Assembly: GCA_964596685.1 (NCBI GenBank)
Contig: CAZQVA010000001.1
Location: forward strand, 64,881-128,880
Source of the DNA: an uncultured bacterium
GTDB lineage: Bacteria > Chlamydiota > Chlamydiia > Chlamydiales > VFKH01
DNA: 64,000 nt
Direction of reading: 5' to 3'
In this document: positions 9,153 through 16,907 of the stretch, piece after piece
Numbering within the stretch: the first letter of the stretch is position 1
Layout of the letters: every line of letters begins with the position of its first letter
Program-made: the position numbers and the translations under genes
Notes under the pieces: model-generated
The model's database searches: none
What the model was told of the DNA's origin: nothing
What the model saw: only the letters and a program-made list of their open reading frames with translations

Positions 9153-9991
9153 TTACAGCAAAAATGATTCAAGAGCTTCGTTCGCGCACTGGAGTAGGCA
9201 TGGCAAAGTGCAAAGAAGCACTCGAAGCTACTAACGGCGACATGGAAGCTGCTATTTCTAACCTTCGTAAAGCCGGAATTGCCTCTGCAACAAAAAAAGA
9301 CAGCCGTGAGACAAGAGAAGGGCTCATCGCTTTTGCTGAAACTGAAAATGCCTTAGCTATTGTTGAAGTCAATGCGGAAACTGATTTTGTCGTAAAGAAT
9401 GATGTTTTCCAAAAATTCTTAGCCGAAGTGGCTAAAGAAGCTGCGGTCACTTGTCCTGCATCTGTGGAAGCGTTTTCAGCTCAAAAATACTCCCAAGATG
9501 CTTCACTGACGATTGATGAATACCGTGCATTAGCTATCCAGACTATTGGAGAAAACATCAAGATTCAGCGCATAGCTATTTTCAAGAAAAGCAATAATCT
9601 CTCCTTGGCTTGCTATTCCCATATGGGTGGCAAACTGGTAACCTTTGCGGAAATTGAAGGCAGCAATGAACTAACAGCCGTTGCAAAAGATGTAGCCATG
9701 CATATTGCAGCCGAAGCTCCCACTTATCTTGCCCCATCTGATGTACCAGAAGATGTCAAGAAACAAGAGGAAGAGATCGCTGCAGCGCAAGTAGTCGGCA
9801 AGCCTGATGCGATTCGCGCAAAGATCGTTGAAGGCAAGCTCAATGCCTTTTATGATAGTGTATGCTTGTTGCGCCAGAAGTTTATCAAAGATCCTTCGCT
9901 CTCCATTGAAGAGTATATCAAAAAGAGCGCATCTGGAAAACCTGTGACACTCAAACGTTTCTTGCGCTGGAAAGTAGGTGAAGGTGTTTAG
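9149..9991 (+). CDS. tsf: Elongation factor Ts
   Basis: 280 aa. The N-terminal UBA-like MIQELRSRTGVGMAKCKEALEATNGDMEAAI motif is present. A 4-nt ATGA overlap with rpsB indicates coupling. Confidence 0.97.
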   Translation: MITAKMIQELRSRTGVGMAKCKEALEATNGDMEAAISNLRKAGIASATKKDSRETREGLIAFAETENALAIVEVNAETDFVVKNDVFQKFLAEVAKEAAVTCPASVEAFSAQKYSQDASLTIDEYRALAIQTIGENIKIQRIAIFKKSNNLSLACYSHMGGKLVTFAEIEGSNELTAVAKDVAMHIAAEAPTYLAPSDVPEDVKKQEEEIAAAQVVGKPDAIRAKIVEGKLNAFYDSVCLLRQKFIKDPSLSIEEYIKKSASGKPVTLKRFLRWKVGEGV

Positions 9992-10009
9992 TCTTTCAGG
10001 ATATAACAC

Positions 10010-10708
10010 ATGACCTACCGCAGAGTCCTTTTAAAACTCTCTGGTGAAGCCCTTGCAGATGGTAAGGGCTTTTTTTCTGCCTCTAAATTAAAGAATATTC
10101 TTGATAGCTTGCATGGTCTCTGGAAACAGGGCATCGAAATCGGTATTGTGATTGGAGGCGGCAATCTATTTCGCGGAGCGCGTCAAGAAGGTTTGTCGAT
10201 TGATCGCGTGACAGCAGATCATATTGGCATGCTAGCTACCGCGATGAATGGATTAGCTTTAAAAGATGCGCTTCAGCAATACGGGTTACCTACTGAAGTT
10301 TTTAACTCCTTTCCACTTCCACTTGCTTCCTTTTATACTCCAAATATTGCTATTGAAGCCCTTTCGACAAAAAAAATCTGTATTTTTTCTGGCGGCACAG
10401 GAATCCCCTTCTTTTCTACCGATACCGCAGCTGTTATTCGCGCCTTGGAGACAAAATGTGATATTGTGTTGAAAGCCACAAAAGTCAATGGTGTCTTTGA
10501 CAAGGATCCCATAAAATATCCAGATGCTATTCACTATGATCGAATTCACTATTCTGAAGTGATCGAAAAAAAACTAGAAGTTCTCGATCTTGCAGCTTGT
10601 GCCTTATGCTGCGAGAATAACTTGCCAATCCTTGTATTCGATCTTTTTACTGAAAATTCTCTTCAACTTGCAGTCGAAAATCAAAAAATTGGCACACTAA
10701 TCCATTAG
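10010..10708 (+). CDS. pyrH: UMP kinase
   Basis: 232 aa. It shows the YRRVLLKLSGEAL and VIGGGNLFRG amino-acid-kinase motifs and sits in the conserved tsf-pyrH-frr order. Confidence 0.95.
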   Translation: MTYRRVLLKLSGEALADGKGFFSASKLKNILDSLHGLWKQGIEIGIVIGGGNLFRGARQEGLSIDRVTADHIGMLATAMNGLALKDALQQYGLPTEVFNSFPLPLASFYTPNIAIEALSTKKICIFSGGTGIPFFSTDTAAVIRALETKCDIVLKATKVNGVFDKDPIKYPDAIHYDRIHYSEVIEKKLEVLDLAACALCCENNLPILVFDLFTENSLQLAVENQKIGTLIH

Positions 10709-10807
10709 ACTTCTTTCCTTCAACACAGGTTATTCTGTAGAATGTCTCCTAATTGAACTTTAGATAAACAGAGATTGCAGATAGTTTTGCAAAAGGACCC
10801 AAATATC

Positions 10808-11356
10808 ATGACAATAGAACAGTCAAAAACAAAAATGGGTGCTGTTATTGAGCACCTAAAAACTGAACTTAAAAGCATACGCACAGGTCGTGCTAATCCA
10901 GGCTTCCTCGATGGCGTTCAGGTCGAGTCATTCGGTTCAATGGTGAAACTAAAAGCCGTTGGCAACGTAACATTAAGCGATCCACGCACGCTTTTAGTGA
11001 CACCTTTTGATCCTTCCATGGCGAGCACTATTGGAAAAGCAATAGAAAAAGCCAATTTAGGTGTACAAGTGGTTATAGATGGAAATGCAGTGCGCATAAA
11101 AGTCCCTTCCATGGATAGCGCTGTACGTCAAGAAATGGTTAAATTGTGTAAGCGCAAGGCTGAAGAGGCAAAAATTAGCATTCGCAATATCCGAAGAGAC
11201 GGCAATGAAGCTGCTAAAAAGGCCAAAGCCTCTGGAGAGCTCACTGAAGACCAACAAAAGCGCGCTGAAAAACAGATCCAAGAGCATACAGACAAGTTTT
11301 GTGCAGAAGTTGATACATTGTGTGCAGAAAAAGAGAAAGAGGTGCTTGCAGTTTAA
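10808..11356 (+). CDS. frr: Ribosome recycling factor
   Basis: RRF pattern (...LKSIRTGRANPGFLDGVQVE...IRNIRRDGNE...). I prefer the ATG at 10808 (182 aa, typical length) over the tracked TTG at 10775. Confidence 0.93.
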   Translation: MTIEQSKTKMGAVIEHLKTELKSIRTGRANPGFLDGVQVESFGSMVKLKAVGNVTLSDPRTLLVTPFDPSMASTIGKAIEKANLGVQVVIDGNAVRIKVPSMDSAVRQEMVKLCKRKAEEAKISIRNIRRDGNEAAKKAKASGELTEDQQKRAEKQIQEHTDKFCAEVDTLCAEKEKEVLAV

Positions 11357-11471
11357 TAAGCGCTTTGTTATGATTTTGGGCATCTTGTTGCTCTTTACTA
11401 GAAATGTAGGGAAGAGTTTAAGAAGATGCCATTAAAGCTTGTTATAAGTTTTTAGTAACAGGTTTAAAGCT

Positions 11472-11546
11472 GGCCCCATCGTCTAGTCAGGTCTAGGACA
11501 CCGGATTTTCATTCCGTCAACAGGGGTTCGAATCCCCTTGGGGTCA
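11472..11546 (+). tRNA. tRNA-Glu (anticodon UUC)
   Basis: Manual cloverleaf: acceptor GGCCCCA/TGGGGTC, the TCGTCTAG..GGTCTAGGACA D region typical of tRNA-Glu, anticodon loop TTTTCAT, T loop TTCGAAT. Confidence 0.88.
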
Positions 11547-11567
11547 ACATTTCTTTATTTCTTTTAT

Positions 11568-11641
11568 GAGTCTTTAGCTCAGTTGGTTAGAGCACCTCAC
11601 TTTTAATGAGGGGGTCGATGGTTCGAGTCCATCAAGACTCA
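11568..11641 (+). tRNA. tRNA-Lys (anticodon UUU)
   Basis: Manual cloverleaf: acceptor GAGTCTT/AAGACTC, D arm GCTC-AGTTGGTTA-GAGC, anticodon arm CCTCA-CTTTTAA-TGAGG, T arm GATGG-TTCGAGT-CCATC. Confidence 0.92.
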
Positions 11642-11722
11642 TGTTTTCATTTTTGTTCTCAAAACACCCTCGCAATAACTTTCTTGCAACATTCTTAAAC
11701 GATATACTATCATGCAAGAACC

Positions 11723-12457
11723 ATGACAATATCCACAAATAATACAGATCACTTTGAGGGTCTTAATCCACTTGAACATATTCACAAGAAACGAGCAGAA
11801 GAAATTCATGGCGCTTTCTTGAGCCCCCCTTGGTCTTCATTTTTCGACGCAACTGTCGCCATCACTCTCCTCCTATTTATTCTTGTTCTCATCTCTAACC
11901 AAGTAAATTTCGCAATTGACTGGAGAATTCTGACAGTCATTTCAAGTGCACTTACTTTAGCATGCGCAGGACGTTTTGGATGGATTGGTTATCGCCGCCT
12001 TGAACGCCTCCACCGACTTGTACAGCAAGAGAGGTATGAAATTGAACATCATCGTCCGCAAGAAAGAGAAGAGCTGATTGCTCTCTATGGGGCAAAAGGA
12101 ATGAGCGGCCAGCTCCTCGATCAAGTCGTCGACTTCTTAATGGCTGACGATGAGCGTTTATTAAAGGTCATGTTAGAAGAAGAAATGGGGCTTGTGTTGG
12201 CTTGCGAACCACATCCCCTGCAATATGCTTTTAGCGGATTTCTTGGGGCGCTTTTTGCTTCTTGTCTTTTTATCATCCTCTTTAGCGCGACTCCTTTACT
12301 CAGTCTCTTTTGGGCCCCTATTGCTATTGGAATTTCTGGTGGTTTGGTTGCTTACATGGAACAAAACGACATTCTTAGCGGCGTTCTATGGGCATTAGGT
12401 ATCATGGGGCTTGCCACAGGCACAACACTTCTTCTCATTCACATGATTCTGCAATAG
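11723..12457 (+). CDS. VIT1/CCC1-family iron/manganese transporter
   Basis: 244 aa. It has a cytoplasmic metal-binding helix region with the ERYEIEHHRPQEREELIALYGAKG...VMLEEEMGL pattern characteristic of the VIT family, flanked by TM helices. Confidence 0.75.
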   Translation: MTISTNNTDHFEGLNPLEHIHKKRAEEIHGAFLSPPWSSFFDATVAITLLLFILVLISNQVNFAIDWRILTVISSALTLACAGRFGWIGYRRLERLHRLVQQERYEIEHHRPQEREELIALYGAKGMSGQLLDQVVDFLMADDERLLKVMLEEEMGLVLACEPHPLQYAFSGFLGALFASCLFIILFSATPLLSLFWAPIAIGISGGLVAYMEQNDILSGVLWALGIMGLATGTTLLLIHMILQ

Positions 12458-12481
12458 GCTGCTCGCACAACTAGGGTTCTT

Positions 12482-14470
12482 TTGAAGGAAAAAATGACAT
12501 CTCCTTATCTTTTTACTGAGTTTATAGAATCTGGCTTTGAAGAATATCAAAGTCCATTTCTTACACCGCAAGCAAAACGCTGGTCAAAAAACTTATCTCT
12601 GAAAAGCGCCCTTTTTTCAGCTTTCCTATTAGCTCTATCCTTTGGTCTCTCCTTTCTGCCACAAGGGTTCTATATTTCAAGGCTTCTTCTTCTATTTGTC
12701 TATTTTTTAGCCGGAATCCCTTCTTTAATCGGCGCTATAAGAGATCTTAAGCACCTGGAATTAAATATTGACATCTTGATGACTTTGGCCGCATTTCTAT
12801 CTGCTATTATTGGCAGTGAAATGGAGGGAGGCCTCCTTCTCGTCTTATTTGCCATTTCAGGAGCTATTGAAGATAGTGTTACAAGTCGTGCAAAATCCAG
12901 CATTAGTGAATTACGAGCCCTTGCACCCATGCAAGCTAGTTGCCTTAATGCCGACGGATCCGTGACGGATCGCTCCGTCAAGGATATAACAAAAGGCATG
13001 CATATCCTTGTTAAAGCTGGTCAAATCGTACCCCTAGATGGCATTGTCATCAGTGGCGAATCCAGCCTTAATCTCGTCCATCTTACAGGAGAAAATCTCC
13101 CCTCCCCTAAAACAATCAATGACACCGCACCTGCAGGGGCACGTAATTTGGATGGTGTATTAATTCTCGAAGTCACGCACACGAGTCAAGAATCTAGTAT
13201 TGCACGCCTTATCGACTTGATTTGCCAAGCTCAAGATGCAAAACCTCGCTTACAGCGCTGGATGGACCGTTTTAGTCATATTTATGCGACAAGCATCATT
13301 TTACTTGCTTGCCTCTTCGCCGGCACATTCCCCTTTCTTTTCAATATCCCCTTTCTCGGGGTAGAAGGTGGATTGTACCGCGCATTGGCCTTTCTTATTG
13401 CAGCGTCTCCTTGTGCTCTTATCTTAGCACTTCCTATTGCTTATTTAAGCTCCGTAAGTAACTGCGCTAAACATGGGATTTTACTAAAAGGCGGTATTGT
13501 ACTCGATGCACTCAATCAGTGTCGCGCCATCGCCTTCGACAAGACAGGGACTCTCACGACAGGGAATCTCACCTGTATCTCTTTCGAGAATTTATCCGCT
13601 AATGGCACACGTCATGCGGCCTTAGCCATCTGTCATGGATTGGAAAAAAATGCCGTTCATCCCGTTGCACGCGCCTTATGTAAATATGCCGAACAGGAGC
13701 ATGTAGCACCCGCCTCTATCGAACAATTCCGTTTTCTCTCTGGCAGGGGGGTATGCGGTATGTCTGATGGCTGGGAGGTCTATTTGGGTAAACCTGATAT
13801 TTCATCCATTGAACTGCCCCCGTCGGCTCACAAAATCATGGAAACTACCATTGCCGAAGCACATGAAAAGGGGCAACTCGTTTCTATGCTGATTATGAAA
13901 CATCAGGGTGAGTCTCAAGTATGGCTCATGCGCTTTGAAGATACCATTCGCCCCAAAATGCGCAACATGATTGAAGAGCTACAAAAACGTTTTTTCCTTG
14001 TTATGCTGACAGGGGACCATCAAGTCAGCGCTCAGCGAGTTGCAGACGCAATTGGTCTCAAACATTATTACGCAAATCTTACCCCTGAGGAAAAACTCAC
14101 AAAAGTTAGTGAGCTAACAGATCGCGAAGGTTTAGTTATGATTGGCGATGGAATTAACGATGCTCCTGCCCTTACGAGGGCAACTGTAGGCATTTCAATG
14201 GGAAAGGTTGGCAGCACTACGGCTATGGACGCTTCTGATGCCATTCTCTTACACGATAATCTAGAAGCTATTCATTGGCTATTCGGACAGGCATCAAAAA
14301 CGCGCCGCATTCTTTTTGAGAATGTGACTGTAGCCTTAGCTGCCATTGTCTTTGCCTCTATCCCAGCACTACTGGGATGGGTCCCGTTATGGCTTGCTGT
14401 CATTATGCATGAAGGTGGAACAGTTATTGTAGGATTAAACAGTCTACGTCTGTTGAAAGAGCCTTTTTAG
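12482..14470 (+). CDS. Heavy-metal P-type ATPase, P1B-4-like (SPC / HEGGT signature; Co/Fe/Zn efflux type)
   Basis: 662 aa. Motifs present: DKTGTLT phosphorylation site, GDGINDAPAL hinge, TGEN(L)P actuator motif, SPC in a TM helix (AASPCALILALP) and HEGGT in the last TM. There is no N-terminal CxxC HMA domain. The ATG at 12494 is a possible alternative start. Confidence 0.88.
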   Translation: MKEKMTSPYLFTEFIESGFEEYQSPFLTPQAKRWSKNLSLKSALFSAFLLALSFGLSFLPQGFYISRLLLLFVYFLAGIPSLIGAIRDLKHLELNIDILMTLAAFLSAIIGSEMEGGLLLVLFAISGAIEDSVTSRAKSSISELRALAPMQASCLNADGSVTDRSVKDITKGMHILVKAGQIVPLDGIVISGESSLNLVHLTGENLPSPKTINDTAPAGARNLDGVLILEVTHTSQESSIARLIDLICQAQDAKPRLQRWMDRFSHIYATSIILLACLFAGTFPFLFNIPFLGVEGGLYRALAFLIAASPCALILALPIAYLSSVSNCAKHGILLKGGIVLDALNQCRAIAFDKTGTLTTGNLTCISFENLSANGTRHAALAICHGLEKNAVHPVARALCKYAEQEHVAPASIEQFRFLSGRGVCGMSDGWEVYLGKPDISSIELPPSAHKIMETTIAEAHEKGQLVSMLIMKHQGESQVWLMRFEDTIRPKMRNMIEELQKRFFLVMLTGDHQVSAQRVADAIGLKHYYANLTPEEKLTKVSELTDREGLVMIGDGINDAPALTRATVGISMGKVGSTTAMDASDAILLHDNLEAIHWLFGQASKTRRILFENVTVALAAIVFASIPALLGWVPLWLAVIMHEGGTVIVGLNSLRLLKEPF

Positions 14471-14490
14471 AAAAAGTCTAAAGAATAAAA

Positions 14491-14574
14491 TGCGGTCAAG
14501 ATGACTCGAACATCCACTGAGTTGCCCCAACTAGAACCTGAATCTAGCGCGTCTACCAATTCCGCCATGACCGC
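14491..14574 (-). tRNA. tRNA-Leu (anticodon CAG)
   Basis: The reverse complement folds as a class II tRNA: acceptor GCGGTCA/TGACCGC, anticodon arm CTAGA-TTCAGGT-TCTAG, long variable arm, T loop TTCGAGT. Confidence 0.9.
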
Positions 14575-14635
14575 AAAATCTCGGACAAAAGTCTATCAAT
14601 TTACAAATTATGGCGCAATCTAAAGTCCAGTGAAG

Positions 14636-14935
14636 GTGTGTAATTCAAAGTGTTAGGAAGGATGAAAAACTAGGGACTCATATTCTTTTAATATACCCAC
14701 TCCAGCCCCTATTAACTCTCATTCAGAACAATGTATAACAGCTTATATTCCCTCTGTGTGCTCTGTGGGCTCTGTGGCTCAAAACAATTAACATAAGTTT
14801 TAAATAAAAATATTTACCACAGAGCACACAGAGGGGGGAAAATAAGGATTTTTTAGCAGAAGGTTGTCTGGTGAATCCTTAAGAAAAGCTTCCATTCTAG
14901 CTCCAAACAGTTAACTAACACTTTGAATTACACCC
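14636..14935. mobile_element. MITE-like non-autonomous element (300 bp) with terminal inverted repeats, a 9-bp target-site duplication and an internal 19-bp hairpin
   Basis: There is a perfect 19-bp TIR: GTGTAATTCAAAGTGTTAG at 14638-14656 and its reverse complement at 14915-14933. Identical direct repeats CCAGTGAAG flank the element at 14627-14635 and 14936-14944. An internal perfect inverted repeat CCCTCTGTGTGCTCTGTGG (14750-14768) pairs with 14817-14835. The element contains no ORF. Confidence 0.75.
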
Positions 14936-14988
14936 CCAGTGAAGAAATGGGGAGACGAAAAAAAACCAAAGCTCGTATACTGTGAGCC

Positions 14989-15660
14989 ATGCTAACACTT
15001 CTTAAAGTATTTGGACCTTCACCTTTTGCTCCTCTTCAGATCCATATGGAGAAGGTTTTTAAGTGCGTACAAAAAGTTCAAGAACTATTTAAGGCTCTTA
15101 AACAACAGAATTGGTCTTCTCTCGAAAGCATTGCTGCAGAGATCAGTCATCTAGAACACGAAGCTGATCTAGCAAAGAACAATATCAGAAACCATCTGAC
15201 TAAGGGCCTATTTCTCTTAGTTGACCGCGCGGATCTTCTCCAAATCTTATCCCTACAAGATGATATCGCCGACAAGGCTGAAGATATCGGCGTTCTCCTT
15301 TCCTTGCGCCCACTTACCGTGCCAGCACTCTTTGAAAAAGAGTTTGATATTTTTTTAGCGAAAAACTGGGAATGTTTTGACAAAGCATACCGCGTGATGC
15401 AAGAGCTCAATGAACTTTTAGAAAGCTCATTTGGCGGTAAAGAAGCGGAAAAAGTCAAAGCGATGGTGGAAGGTGTCGCCTTCTCTGAACATGAGGCGGA
15501 CCTGATCCAAAAAGAGCTTTTGAAAAAATTATTCAATTGCGACGACCTGTCTCCTGCCGTTTTTAATCTATGGCTCAAGATTTTCCACGAAGTTAGCGCT
15601 CTTTCTAATCTTTCTGAAACCCTTGTGAATCGCATTCGCATGTTACTTGAAGTGAAGTAA
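14989..15660 (+). CDS. DUF47 / PhoU-like phosphate-transport regulator (PiT-associated)
   Basis: 223 aa, all-helical, with the repeated ..HEAD.. motif (ISHLEHEADL, FSEHEADL) typical of DUF47. It abuts the PiT transporter gene, a conserved pairing. Confidence 0.8.
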   Translation: MLTLLKVFGPSPFAPLQIHMEKVFKCVQKVQELFKALKQQNWSSLESIAAEISHLEHEADLAKNNIRNHLTKGLFLLVDRADLLQILSLQDDIADKAEDIGVLLSLRPLTVPALFEKEFDIFLAKNWECFDKAYRVMQELNELLESSFGGKEAEKVKAMVEGVAFSEHEADLIQKELLKKLFNCDDLSPAVFNLWLKIFHEVSALSNLSETLVNRIRMLLEVK

Positions 15661-16907
15661 TGGAACATCCCTTTCTGCTTCTAGCTTTAGCACTCATTTT
15701 GGGTGGTTATATGGCCTGGAGTATTGGCGCTAATGATGTTGCCAATGCCATGGGAACATCTGTTGGTTCTGGCGCCCTCACACTTAAACGTGCGTTAATT
15801 GTAGCTGCTGTCCTCGAATTTTGTGGCGCTTATTTTGTCGGTGGACATGTTTCAGAGACCATCGAAAGCGGGATTGTTAACACAAGCTTATATGCCGATC
15901 AACCTATGGTCCTTATTTGTGGCATGCTCTCTGCTCTTATTGCCTCAGGATTATGGTTGCAAACAGCTTCTTATTTTGGGTGGCCTGTCTCCACTACGCA
16001 CTCTATTATCGGCGCTGTGGTAGGGTTTGGCATTGTATCAAAGGGATTAAGTGCAATCTATTGGGGTGAATTCACAACCATTCTCTCTAGCTGGATCATT
16101 TCTCCCATGGTGGGAGGCATCGTTTCCTATTTCCTTTTTAATTTCGTCAGGCGCCAGATTTTTTACCATGAAGATGCGCTCTTGCGCACACGCAAGCTCT
16201 TTCCTTGGATCACCTTTTGCGTCTTTTTCCTTCTCGGCATGATTGTTTTTTATAAAGGAATTTCAGGGATAAATGTCACGTTCACCTTTCTGCAAGCCCT
16301 CTTTATTTGCATTGGTGTGGGGTTGATCTCTGCCGCTATCGCTTTTTTCCTTGCAAAAGACAAAGATGGCACTCCAAAAGGGCAACATGAGCAATTCATC
16401 GCCGTAGAAAAGATGTTCATCTCTTTACAGATTATTACAGCGTGCTGCATGGCTTTTGCGCATGGTGCCAATGACGTCGCCAATGCCATTGGACCTGTTT
16501 CCGCTGTTGTATCTCTTATTCAACATGGCATCGTTCTTCCCAACACCCCAGTACCCGGCTGGATTCTTGCTCTTGGTGGCTTAGGCATTGTAATTGGACT
16601 GGCCACTTGGGGATGGCGCGTCATTGAAACAATTGGCAAGAAGATCACCGAACTCACTCCGAGTCGTGGATTTTGTGCTGAATTTGGAGCCGCCATGACG
16701 ATTCTTTTTGCCTCAAAATTAGGGATGCCCATTTCAACAACGCATACCCTTGTTGGTTCCGTACTCGGCGTTGGTCTTGCAGGAGGAATTGGAGCCCTTA
16801 ACTTGCATATGATGCGCGATATTGTGCTCTCCTGGGTAGTCACTGTCCCCGCTGGCGCACTTTTTGCGATCATTTTCTATTGGATTCTCTCCTTTATTTT
16901 GATATAA
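15660..16907 (+). CDS. Inorganic phosphate transporter, PiT family
   Basis: 415-aa polytopic membrane protein with the duplicated PiT signature GANDVANA (GANDVANAMGTSVG and GANDVANAIGP). Confidence 0.92.
   Translation: MEHPFLLLALALILGGYMAWSIGANDVANAMGTSVGSGALTLKRALIVAAVLEFCGAYFVGGHVSETIESGIVNTSLYADQPMVLICGMLSALIASGLWLQTASYFGWPVSTTHSIIGAVVGFGIVSKGLSAIYWGEFTTILSSWIISPMVGGIVSYFLFNFVRRQIFYHEDALLRTRKLFPWITFCVFFLLGMIVFYKGISGINVTFTFLQALFICIGVGLISAAIAFFLAKDKDGTPKGQHEQFIAVEKMFISLQIITACCMAFAHGANDVANAIGPVSAVVSLIQHGIVLPNTPVPGWILALGGLGIVIGLATWGWRVIETIGKKITELTPSRGFCAEFGAAMTILFASKLGMPISTTHTLVGSVLGVGLAGGIGALNLHMMRDIVLSWVVTVPAGALFAIIFYWILSFILI

Noticed and set aside
15147-15668. 173-aa ORF on the minus strand
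   Set aside because: It is antisense to the DUF47 gene and Ser/Arg-rich with no motifs. The sense-strand protein has a clear family pattern and operon context.
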